In this document: positions 39,905-48,309 of the stretch, in pieces
Layout: every line of letters starts with the position of its first letter
How positions within the stretch are numbered: position 1 is the first letter of the stretch
Assembly (NCBI GenBank): GCA_050290185.1
Contig: JBNKHE010000002.1
Span: 192,001 to 256,000, forward strand
Direction of reading: 5' to 3'
From: Pontiella sp.
GTDB lineage: Bacteria > Verrucomicrobiota > Kiritimatiellia > Kiritimatiellales > Pontiellaceae
Length of the DNA: 64,000 bases
Made by a program: the position numbers and the translations under genes
Notes under the pieces: model-generated
What the model saw: the letters and a program-made list of their open reading frames with translations, nothing else
Database searches by the model: none
What the model was told of the DNA's origin: nothing

Positions 39905-40810
39905 ATGAAAAACTATGTATCAATACTACTGCTCTCGTTCGTATTCGCATCCGCCGCCCAGGCCGGTAAATTCAAGATCGTAACCACCACGTCCGACCTC
40001 GGCTCGATTGCCCAGGCTGTGGCGGGCGACCACGCCGACGTGCAGTCTGTCTGCACCGGAAACCAGGACCCGCACCATCTGCAGGCGCGTCCGAAATACA
40101 TCATGATGGCGCGCAATGCGGATCTATGGATCCGCACCGGCATGGAACTGGAGATCGGCTGGGAAATGCCGGTGATCGACGGATCGCGCAACCGCAAAAT
40201 CCGCCCCGGCCAGCCGGGCCATCTCGACGCATCCACGAACATTGAAAAACTCGATGTTCCGGATGCGCAAACACTCAGCCGCGGCATGGGCGATGTCCAT
40301 GCGCAGGGGAATCCGCACTACCTGACCGACCCGCTGAATGCGAAGCTGGTGGCCGGCGACATCGCCGAGCGGCTGGCGCAGCTCGATCCGGCCAACGCCG
40401 AATCCTACCGTGCCAACGCCCAGGCGTTACAGGCCGAGATCGACCGGCGCATGGCGGTTTGGCAGGAAAAACTGGCGTCGCTCAAAGAGCAGTCCATCGT
40501 GACCTACCACAAAAGCTGGGTCTATTTCGTCCATCGCTTCGGAATGGATATAGCGATCGAGCTTGAACCCAAACCCGGCGTTCCGCCTAGCCCGGCGCAT
40601 CTGGCGCAGGTCGAGGAAACGGTTCGTCGCAAAGGGATAGGCCTAATTCTTCAGGAGCCGTGGTACAGCACGAAGGCGGCAAAACGCGTGGCGGAAGCAA
40701 CCGGCGCGCGCATCGTCGTGGCCCCCATCATGACGGGTGGCGATCCGGCGGCGACCGACTACCTGTCGCTCATCGACCTGATCGTCGATCGGCTGGCAGA
40801 GAAGGAGTAA
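39905..40810 (+). CDS. Metal ABC transporter substrate-binding protein (ZnuA/TroA cluster A-I)
   Basis: IVTTTSDL, DPHH, GNPHY, DPANAESY..N, YHKSW, EPKPGVPPSPAHL. Confidence 0.92.
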   Translation: MKNYVSILLLSFVFASAAQAGKFKIVTTTSDLGSIAQAVAGDHADVQSVCTGNQDPHHLQARPKYIMMARNADLWIRTGMELEIGWEMPVIDGSRNRKIRPGQPGHLDASTNIEKLDVPDAQTLSRGMGDVHAQGNPHYLTDPLNAKLVAGDIAERLAQLDPANAESYRANAQALQAEIDRRMAVWQEKLASLKEQSIVTYHKSWVYFVHRFGMDIAIELEPKPGVPPSPAHLAQVEETVRRKGIGLILQEPWYSTKAAKRVAEATGARIVVAPIMTGGDPAATDYLSLIDLIVDRLAEKE

Positions 40811-40813
40811 ACC

Positions 40814-41494
40814 ATGAGTGGATCGATCATCCGATGCCGCGAGGTGTGCGTGGCCTACGGTCGCCAGGAAGTACTGCACCGGGTCGACCTGGACATTCCC
40901 AACGGCGCGTTTCTCCCCTTCACCGGCCCCAACGGCGCGGGAAAAACCACGTTGCTCCGCGCCATTCTCGGGTTGCTCCCGATCCGGCACGGCCGTATCG
41001 AAACGCCGTTCCACCGCGCACCGGCGGGCTATGTCCCGCAGCAGAAGGTGATCGATCCGCTCTATCCCGTCAGCGCCCGCCAGATTGTCGAAATGGGGCT
41101 CCATCGGCAACGCGGCTGGCTGCGGCGCATCACGAAAAGCCAGCGCAGCGCGGTCGATGCCGCGCTGGAGCAACTCGGCATGGCGGAGCATGCCGAAAAA
41201 AACTTCCGCGAACTCTCCGGCGGCATGAAGCAGAAAATCCTCATCGCCCGCGCCTTTGTCTGCGGCTCGGAGGTGATCATTCTGGACGAACCAACCTCCG
41301 AGCTGGACGACCGCTCGGAAGAGGAAGTGCTCCAGCACTTACGGGTCCTGAACCGGGAACATGGCAAAACCGTGCTGATGGTCCACCACGATCTCGACCG
41401 TGTCCATTTGCTGTCGGATTCCATGTGCCGCGTACGCCACGGCAACGCGGAAATCGTTTCCACCCAGGGAACGGAAGGACGCAACGATGCATAA
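40814..41494 (+). CDS. Metal ABC transporter ATPase (ZnuC-like)
   Basis: GPNGAGKTT, GYVPQ, LSGGMKQ, LDEPT, HHDL. Confidence 0.92.
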   Translation: MSGSIIRCREVCVAYGRQEVLHRVDLDIPNGAFLPFTGPNGAGKTTLLRAILGLLPIRHGRIETPFHRAPAGYVPQQKVIDPLYPVSARQIVEMGLHRQRGWLRRITKSQRSAVDAALEQLGMAEHAEKNFRELSGGMKQKILIARAFVCGSEVIILDEPTSELDDRSEEEVLQHLRVLNREHGKTVLMVHHDLDRVHLLSDSMCRVRHGNAEIVSTQGTEGRNDA

Positions 41495-42320
41495 CGCCAT
41501 GCAATGCCTCTATTGCCAGTTTCCCGAAGCACTGACGGCGGGCCTGCTGGTTTCGGCCGTTTGCGCCCTGCTGGGGGTTTTCGTGATCCTCAAGCGCGCG
41601 GTATTCATCGGGATCACCCTCTCCGAGGTGGCCACCTTCGGCGTTGCGACCTCGTTCCTGCTTGGAGTTCCACCCTTTGCCGGGTCGCTCGTTTCTGTGT
41701 TGGCGGCGGTGTCGCTGCTGGCTATTCCATTCGAGAACCAACGGATTCCGCGCGATACGCTGATGGGGATTCTGTTTATTGCCGCCTCAGCCCTCGCGGT
41801 GCTGCTGGTTTCGAAAAGCGGGCCGGGCCTGATGGAGATCGAGGCGGTGCTGTATGGCGACCTGATCCTCACCTCCCGCAAGGAGCTGTTTTTGTTGTTT
41901 GCCACACTGATTCCGGCCCAGCTGGTTTTCCTGCTGGCGTTCCGCCCCATCCTCTATTCGTTTCTCGACCGCGAGGCGGCGAAGGTGCTTGGCATCCGGA
42001 CCTGGATTTGGGAATCGCTCTATTTTGTCATGCTGGGACTGGTGATTTCGGCGACTTCACAAATAGCCGGCGCGCTGCTGGTCTTCTGCTATCTCGTCGT
42101 CTGCCCGGCCACAGCGCTGGTACTGAGCAAGCGCATGACCATGGTAATGGTGGCCGCGCCGCTGTTCGCCATGGTTTCGACCTTCGCGGGCATGGTGGTT
42201 TCGTTCAACCACGACCTCCCCACCAACCAAACGATCTGCCTCGCCGCATGCGCCCTGTTCGCTATCGGCGCGGTGCTGAAGCGCCTATGCTCGTTCCTCG
42301 CCGGGCTCAGGATTCGCTGA
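41487..42320 (+). CDS. Metal ABC transporter permease (ZnuB/ABC-3)
   Basis: LGVFVILKR, LYGDL, DREAA..G, GALLV; multiple TM helices. Confidence 0.9.
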   Translation: MHNAMQCLYCQFPEALTAGLLVSAVCALLGVFVILKRAVFIGITLSEVATFGVATSFLLGVPPFAGSLVSVLAAVSLLAIPFENQRIPRDTLMGILFIAASALAVLLVSKSGPGLMEIEAVLYGDLILTSRKELFLLFATLIPAQLVFLLAFRPILYSFLDREAAKVLGIRTWIWESLYFVMLGLVISATSQIAGALLVFCYLVVCPATALVLSKRMTMVMVAAPLFAMVSTFAGMVVSFNHDLPTNQTICLAACALFAIGAVLKRLCSFLAGLRIR

Positions 42321-42792
42321 ACCGGCCTTCGAGCGCGCGTTGTACGAGTTCGGGCACAAACTGGGAGATGTCGCCTCCGAGCGAAGCCACGGTGCGGACG
42401 TTGCTGGAGCTGACGTAGCTATAGTCCTGCTTCGGCATCAGGAAGATGGTTTCGATCTCCGGCTTCAGCTTCCGGTTGGTCAGAGCCATCTGGAACTCGT
42501 ATTCAAAATCGGAAAAAGCCCGCAAACCGCGAACGATGACATGGACGTTTTTCGATAGGGCAAAGTCCACCAGCAGCCCATCGAAGTGGTCCACCTCAAT
42601 CCCTTCGATATGGGACGTGGATTCGCGTACGAGCTGCAGCCGCTCTTCTAGAGAAAACAGCGGATTCTTGCCGGGGTTGGTGGCTACGGCGATAACTATG
42701 CGCGGAAAGATGCGCGACGCACGCTCAATGACATCGAGATGCCCCAGGGTCAAGGGATCAAAGGTTCCTGCGCAGATGGCCGCCTGGTTCAT
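42307..42792 (-). CDS. coaD: Phosphopantetheine adenylyltransferase
   Basis: GTFDPLTLGHLD, RGLRAFSDFEYE, VSSS. Confidence 0.97.
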   Translation of the reverse strand: MNQAAICAGTFDPLTLGHLDVIERASRIFPRIVIAVATNPGKNPLFSLEERLQLVRESTSHIEGIEVDHFDGLLVDFALSKNVHVIVRGLRAFSDFEYEFQMALTNRKLKPEIETIFLMPKQDYSYVSSSNVRTVASLGGDISQFVPELVQRALEGRFSES

Positions 42793-43349
42793 GATTCATC
42801 CTCTCTCTTCAACTGCAACATGATGACGCGGGTTTTCCCGTAGGTTTTGTCGCGCTTAACCGACCACACCTCAGGGATTTCGACTGCGCCCGATGAGCGC
42901 AACTCGTACACCACCGTTCCTTGATCTGTCAAAACCGAATGGCTCGCAATCCCGGTCAGGGAAAGGCGCATGGCATCCGGAAGATCATAGGGCGGATCGA
43001 CCAGAATCAGATCAAAACGTTCCCCTGCCCCGGCCAGCCACCTGATCGCATCGGCCTTGATGCATTTTGCCGATCCGAGTTCGTCGGACTCCAGCGATGC
43101 CACGTTCTGCCGAAGGTTTTTCCATACGACCGGATGCTGCTCGACAAACGTCACCGAGTCCGCCCCGCGGCTCCAGGCCTCAAGCCCGAGCGCACCGGAG
43201 CCGGCAAACAGGTCAAGCACCTTCAAGCCCTCGCATGATCCACCCAATGATGAAAAAACGGCCTCGCGAACCGATTCCATGGTCGGCCGCACTTCCTGTT
43301 TCGGAACCGCCAGGCGCCGGTTGCGTAATATGCCACTCGTAATCCTCAT
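42789..43349 (-). CDS. rsmD: 16S rRNA m2G966 methyltransferase
   Basis: MRITSG, RPT..VREAVF, LDLFAGSGALGLEAWSRGA, DPPY; rsmD-coaD synteny. Confidence 0.94.
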   Translation of the reverse strand: MRITSGILRNRRLAVPKQEVRPTMESVREAVFSSLGGSCEGLKVLDLFAGSGALGLEAWSRGADSVTFVEQHPVVWKNLRQNVASLESDELGSAKCIKADAIRWLAGAGERFDLILVDPPYDLPDAMRLSLTGIASHSVLTDQGTVVYELRSSGAVEIPEVWSVKRDKTYGKTRVIMLQLKREDES

Positions 43350-43462
43350 TCCTGCACGGTAGCGGACTTTGCGCCCCATGAAAACACGATAGATGCCCTA
43401 CTCTCGACAAAAAGATACCGATGTGATAGCACCTACCCCTGTTTAACGCATGGCAGAATCAT

Positions 43463-44563
43463 ATGACTCAAAAAAAACACAGAGAAGCACTCAAGAGTGC
43501 GAAACGGATCGTCGTGAAGGCGGGCAGCAAGGTTCTGGTGCAAAATACCGGCCGGCCGGATAAACGACGTCTCAAGCTGCTGGTCGACGAAATATCCCAG
43601 TTGCAGAACGGCGGAGACGAAGTGGTTTTTGTTTCGTCCGGGGCCGTTGGCGCCGGACTGGATGCGCTGGGAATGAAGACGCGCCCGAAGGCAATGCCCG
43701 ATCTTCAGATGGCCGCGGCAGTTGGACAGATCCGGCTGATGAGCGTGTATGATGAATTGTTCGGGGTCAATAAATGCGGAATCGGACAGGTGCTGCTGAC
43801 GCATGACGCACTTAAACATCGCGAACGCCATCTGAATGCACGCAACACGCTACTCAACCTGATTGCCAACCGCATCATTCCCATCATCAACGAAAACGAC
43901 ACCATTTCCACGGAAGAGATCAAGTTCGGGGACAACGACGTGCTGGCGGCCCTCGTCGCCATTCTGGTCGATGCCGATGCCCTGGTGCTTCTCAGCTCCA
44001 CCGATGGCTTGCGGCAACCGGGCAGCAACGGCCGGACCCGCCGGGTCAGTTTCATCGAGGAAGTCGACGATGATGTCCTTGCGCTGGTGGCCGACAAGCA
44101 GGACAACCTGTCTTCCGGCGGTATGGCCTCGAAACTTCAGTCGGCCCAGATTGCGGCGAAAAACGGCATTCCCGTGGTGATTGCCAACGGACGTAAAACC
44201 GGCGTTTTATCCCGTATCTTTGAAGGAAGGAACGAGGGCACCCTGCTCCTGCCCAAGGCCGGAGATATCTCTAAACGAAAACGCTGGATCGCCTTCTTCA
44301 ACCGGTCCGAAGGACATTTGGTCATCGACAACGGAGCCGCGAAGGCACTGAACCGGGGCAAGAGTCTTCTACCGGTTGGCGTGATTGCGGTGGAAGGCCA
44401 GTTCAGGACAGGAGCCATGGTTGATGTCCAATCAGCGGAAGGCCAGCCTCTCGCCCGGGGCCTGGTGGAATATTCAAGCGACGAAATCGATATGATCAAA
44501 GGACAGCAAACCGCGGGAAAATCCGGAGAAGTGATCCACCGCGACAACATGGTACTACTTTAG
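43463..44563 (+). CDS. proB: Glutamate 5-kinase
   Basis: IVVKAGS, VSSGAV, AAVGQ, INENDT, FGDND, GGMASKL, PUA domain. Confidence 0.97.
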   Translation: MTQKKHREALKSAKRIVVKAGSKVLVQNTGRPDKRRLKLLVDEISQLQNGGDEVVFVSSGAVGAGLDALGMKTRPKAMPDLQMAAAVGQIRLMSVYDELFGVNKCGIGQVLLTHDALKHRERHLNARNTLLNLIANRIIPIINENDTISTEEIKFGDNDVLAALVAILVDADALVLLSSTDGLRQPGSNGRTRRVSFIEEVDDDVLALVADKQDNLSSGGMASKLQSAQIAAKNGIPVVIANGRKTGVLSRIFEGRNEGTLLLPKAGDISKRKRWIAFFNRSEGHLVIDNGAAKALNRGKSLLPVGVIAVEGQFRTGAMVDVQSAEGQPLARGLVEYSSDEIDMIKGQQTAGKSGEVIHRDNMVLL

Positions 44564-44576
44564 GAGGAATAAAACT

Positions 44577-45833
44577 ATGGACGTAAAAGAACAGATTTTA
44601 AAAATCGGTGCAGATGCCAAAGCCGCCAGCTATGAACTGGCCAAGCTTTCCTCCCGGAAAAAGAACGCGATCCTTGAAGCCATGGCCGACGAGCTGGATG
44701 CCCAGCGGGCATTCATTCAGGAAGAAAATGCGAAGGATCTGGCGGCGGGCAAGGACGCCGGCCTCACCTCCGCCATGCTTGACCGCCTGGAGCTGACGGA
44801 CGCGCGCGTTGACGGGATGATCAAGGGCCTGCGCGACGTCGCGGTACTCAACGATCCTGTTGGAGCGGAAATCAGCACATGGAACCGTCCAAACGGACTG
44901 GAGATTCATAAGGTACGCGTACCGATCGGAGTCATCGGCATCATCTTTGAATCGCGGCCCAATGTAACCTGCGATGCCGCCGCACTTTGCTTCAAAACCT
45001 CGAACGCCGTGATTCTGCGCGGCGGCAAGGAAGCGATCCATTCCAATATCGCCATTGCCAAGGCCATGCAAACCGGCGGTGCCGCGAAGGGTATGCCGGC
45101 CAACGCCATCCAGCTCATTCCAACGATCGACCGCGAGGCCGTCAAAGTCATGTGCCAAATGACCGACTATCTCGACCTGATTATTCCGCGCGGCGGCGAA
45201 GGGCTGATCAAGGCGGTTACTGAAATGGCCCACGTTCCGGTCATCAAGCACTACAAGGGCGTTTGCCATACCTATATCGATGCCACCGCAGACCTGTCCA
45301 TGGCCTGGAGGATCGCCGAAAACGCCAAGTGCCAGCGTCCCGGCGTCTGCAACGCCATGGAGACGCTACTGGTTCACAAGGACATTGCGGAAGCGTTTCT
45401 ACCGAAAATGGGCGAGATTCTAGAAAAGCGAGGCGTAGAAATACGCGGTGATGAATCCACCTGCATCCTGCTCGGTTCGTGCGTGCCGGCCACTGAGGAC
45501 GACTGGTACGAGGAATACCTTGAAATGGTGCTGGCCATCCGAGTGGTCGATGATGTGGACGAGGCCATCGCGCATATCAACAAATATGGATCAGGCCATT
45601 CCGACGCCATTGTTACGCAGGACGAGAAGGCGGAGAAAGCCTTCCTCGCGGAGGTCGACTCCTCATCGGTCTATGTAAACGCCTCGACACGCTTTACGGA
45701 TGGGGCGGAATTCGGGATGGGTGCGGAAATTGGCATCAGCACCGACAAGCTGCACGCACGCGGACCGATGGGACTGGAGGAGCTAACCACCTATAAGTTC
45801 GTGATCCAAGGCAAAGGACAGATCCGCGAGTAA
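44577..45833 (+). CDS. proA: Glutamate-5-semialdehyde dehydrogenase
   Basis: IFESRPNV, PRGGEGLI, CNAMETLLV, NASTRFTDG, STDKLHARGPMG. Confidence 0.98.
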   Translation: MDVKEQILKIGADAKAASYELAKLSSRKKNAILEAMADELDAQRAFIQEENAKDLAAGKDAGLTSAMLDRLELTDARVDGMIKGLRDVAVLNDPVGAEISTWNRPNGLEIHKVRVPIGVIGIIFESRPNVTCDAAALCFKTSNAVILRGGKEAIHSNIAIAKAMQTGGAAKGMPANAIQLIPTIDREAVKVMCQMTDYLDLIIPRGGEGLIKAVTEMAHVPVIKHYKGVCHTYIDATADLSMAWRIAENAKCQRPGVCNAMETLLVHKDIAEAFLPKMGEILEKRGVEIRGDESTCILLGSCVPATEDDWYEEYLEMVLAIRVVDDVDEAIAHINKYGSGHSDAIVTQDEKAEKAFLAEVDSSSVYVNASTRFTDGAEFGMGAEIGISTDKLHARGPMGLEELTTYKFVIQGKGQIRE

Positions 45834-45835
45834 AC

Positions 45836-47806
45836 CTAGTCGAGCGCGGCCTCAACAGGCGGTGAGTCCTGTCCCGTCGAGGGGGCCGTCTCGTCGCGCA
45901 GACAAAGGTTTCGGCAATCGATCTCGCTCACCGAATAGGGTTTCACCACCCCACGGCATTCGCCATGCACATTTAGGTCGCGCAACACAAAAACAAAGTC
46001 GCGAACCAACAGGTTGTATTTTTCCTGCAGTGCAAGGACGTCCGCACGCAGTTCGTCACTGTAATGATGGGTAAAGATCAGCTCATCGATATGGCGATCT
46101 TCAATGATCTTTTCCAGCTCGCTGAAATTTCCGAGAACCGGATAGCCATACACCACTTTGCGGAACAGGGCTGGATTGTCATCAATCAAACCGACCACCC
46201 GGCGTTCGGCCTTCTGCTGATCCTCGAACGTGGACTGCCGCAGGAAAAGAATGGCGTTTTCGCCGGCACCGAGAACCAGGGTTTTCAGATCGCCCTCGGA
46301 CTCCGCATTGCAGCGCAGCCAAGCGGCAAGGTCGCGGGCCACCCGGAACGATGCCCGCGCCCCGACAATGCCTGCACCTGCAACCATCGTGTGCAAAAGC
46401 AGGCCCTTCAACAGCTGCATATGGGTGAGGTTGGAAGCCCATAGCAACGCTACGGAAGCCAAGACCTCACCCGCGATGAGCTGCAGAGCGAGAACAACCA
46501 GCTGAGAAACGCGTGATCGTGTCCAGACTGTTTTGTAGACGTTGTAGAAATAGATGGTGGCAAAGGGAATTGAGACGCACACGGCCAGGTGCAGCATATT
46601 GAACGGCTGGTCAAGCAGGATGGCGAACGTTAGATAGGTGGCAAACAGCAAACAGCTAATGTCCCATCCAATCGCCACCAGCATGCTGATTATACTCCGG
46701 GGACGGTGCACACCCAGCAACACCAGTTGCGTGGTGGTGTACAGCTCAACCTGGGCGATCTGGCGGACCATCACGTGCAAAACTGCAATCATACCGATCA
46801 TCAGGAAGGCAACCCGGTTCGAATTCAGGGCGGTTGCTCCCAACGCCACAACGCATATACACAAGGCGGCAATATACATGGCCGCAGCGGCCTTGCGCTG
46901 TGTCATACCGCTACGCATCAGCTTATGGTGAATGTGGTCAAGATCCGGACCAAATACCTTCGTGGCCAGACCGTCGTCCTTCATCCTGGAGATCAGCTTG
47001 CGCGCCATTCTGCGCCAAACCGCCAGAATGACATCAAATGCCGGAACACCGACCGCCAGCAACGGCACCAGCAAAGCCACCATCAGCGATTGTTTCACAT
47101 TCGCCTTCAACGCCACGGCCGCCAGAATGAATCCTATGAACATGCTGCCGCAATCGCCCAGAAAGATTGATGCAGGGTTAAAGTTGTAGCGCAGAAATCC
47201 AAGGCAGGCACCGGCCAAGGCCACCAGCACCAAGGCATCCGTAGGCTGATGGAGCGAGAGCAGCATGCCGGCCAGTCCCGCACTGGCAATCAGCCCGAGC
47301 CCGGCACAGGCACCATCCATTCCATCAATCAAATTGAATGCGTTCACCAGCAACGCAAACCAAAACAGCGTGGCTGCACCATTCACAAACAGCGGGAGGT
47401 CAATGCCCAGAAACCCTTCGAAGGTGAACCCTCCGAGGAACATGAATAAGGCCACGCCCAACTGGCCAAAGAGCTTGAACCAGGCACGCATGTCGTAATG
47501 ATCATCAAAAATTCCAATGAGCAGCAGCGCAAGTGATCCGACAAAAATAAAGATCCATTCCTTCAACTGGGTAAATCCGGCAAGATGATGCCAGGGGCCG
47601 AAGAAAACGGCCAACAAAGCCAGGTGGGTTGCCACAAACACCGCGATCCCGCCACACCGGGGAATTGGAGTCTTGTGAATGCGCCGTTCATCGGGCTCGT
47701 CCACCAATCCAAGCACAGGAGCAAGCTTCTTGACCCACGGAACAACCAGCCATGTCGTCAGGAGACTGATCAGAAAAACAATGATGTACTTAACGATAAA
47801 TCCCAT
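45836..47806 (-). CDS. WecA/TagO (MraY-like GT4) GlcNAc-1-phosphate transferase fused to a PglF/CapD-type membrane + Rossmann domain
   Basis: HKTPIPRCGG, GIFDD, NAFNLIDGMDG, FLGDCGS, DLDHIHHKL; then 4 extra TMs and LVLGAGENA...VVGLIDDNP...GYPVLG. Confidence 0.85.
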   Translation of the reverse strand: MGFIVKYIIVFLISLLTTWLVVPWVKKLAPVLGLVDEPDERRIHKTPIPRCGGIAVFVATHLALLAVFFGPWHHLAGFTQLKEWIFIFVGSLALLLIGIFDDHYDMRAWFKLFGQLGVALFMFLGGFTFEGFLGIDLPLFVNGAATLFWFALLVNAFNLIDGMDGACAGLGLIASAGLAGMLLSLHQPTDALVLVALAGACLGFLRYNFNPASIFLGDCGSMFIGFILAAVALKANVKQSLMVALLVPLLAVGVPAFDVILAVWRRMARKLISRMKDDGLATKVFGPDLDHIHHKLMRSGMTQRKAAAAMYIAALCICVVALGATALNSNRVAFLMIGMIAVLHVMVRQIAQVELYTTTQLVLLGVHRPRSIISMLVAIGWDISCLLFATYLTFAILLDQPFNMLHLAVCVSIPFATIYFYNVYKTVWTRSRVSQLVVLALQLIAGEVLASVALLWASNLTHMQLLKGLLLHTMVAGAGIVGARASFRVARDLAAWLRCNAESEGDLKTLVLGAGENAILFLRQSTFEDQQKAERRVVGLIDDNPALFRKVVYGYPVLGNFSELEKIIEDRHIDELIFTHHYSDELRADVLALQEKYNLLVRDFVFVLRDLNVHGECRGVVKPYSVSEIDCRNLCLRDETAPSTGQDSPPVEAALD

Positions 47807-48087
47807 ATCCTTGACCCAAAAATATCCGTCGCTTTCAGCGACCCAAAATACGCGGTGTCGAACCTGTCTAAATAATTAGGGCATACTTTAGAGATCCCCG
47901 GCGGGAAATGAAAGCCTCTCTCGTTAACGATTCCGCGCTCCCTACCCCGGAACTTTGATATGCAAACGGACGTCGTCGCCTGCTTTACATTCTCCGCAGC
48001 AAGGCACAATAAAACCAGTGCCACCCCGCCGTAAACCCCAAGCCAACAGACCCAGACAACAAATTGGAAAAAAGGTAAAAAAAGCGC

Positions 48088-48115
48088 TTGCCCGACCGGC
48101 GGAAATCAATACTAT
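48088..48115 (+). promoter_or_regulatory. Sigma70-type promoter of tRNA-Asp with A-tract UP element
   Basis: TTGCCC-N16-TACTAT preceded by A-tracts. Confidence 0.55.
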
Positions 48116-48129
48116 GTCGGCTCCTTTGT

Positions 48130-48206
48130 GGGGGTGTAGCTCAATTGGTTAGAGCGCCAGCCTGTCACGCTGGAGGTTGCGGGTTCGAGTCCCGTCATCC
48201 TCGCCA
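48130..48206 (+). tRNA. tRNA-Asp(GTC)
   Basis: GGGGGTGTAGCTCAATTGGTTAGAGCG-CCAGC-CTGTCAC-GCTGG..GGTTCGAGTCC..GCCA. Confidence 0.97.
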
Positions 48207-48212
48207 CTCTTT

Positions 48213-48240
48213 AAAGGCCTGCTTTTGCAGGCCTTTTTTT
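48213..48240 (+). terminator. Rho-independent terminator after tRNA-Asp
   Basis: AAAGGCCTGC-TTTT-GCAGGCC-TTTTTTT. Confidence 0.88.
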
Positions 48241-48309
48241 GTGCCCCAACAGGTCTTCGCCTCCATCCCCGGGGAAGAGCCAACCTATCCTCATGGGCGG
48301 CATGCCTAA

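Noticed and set aside
45873..45900. Possible second in-frame REP remnant in the tail of the WecA fusion (CGCGACGAGACGGCCCCCTCGA)
   Set aside because: No intact stem or GGAG tag; the similarity could be chance in GC-rich DNA.
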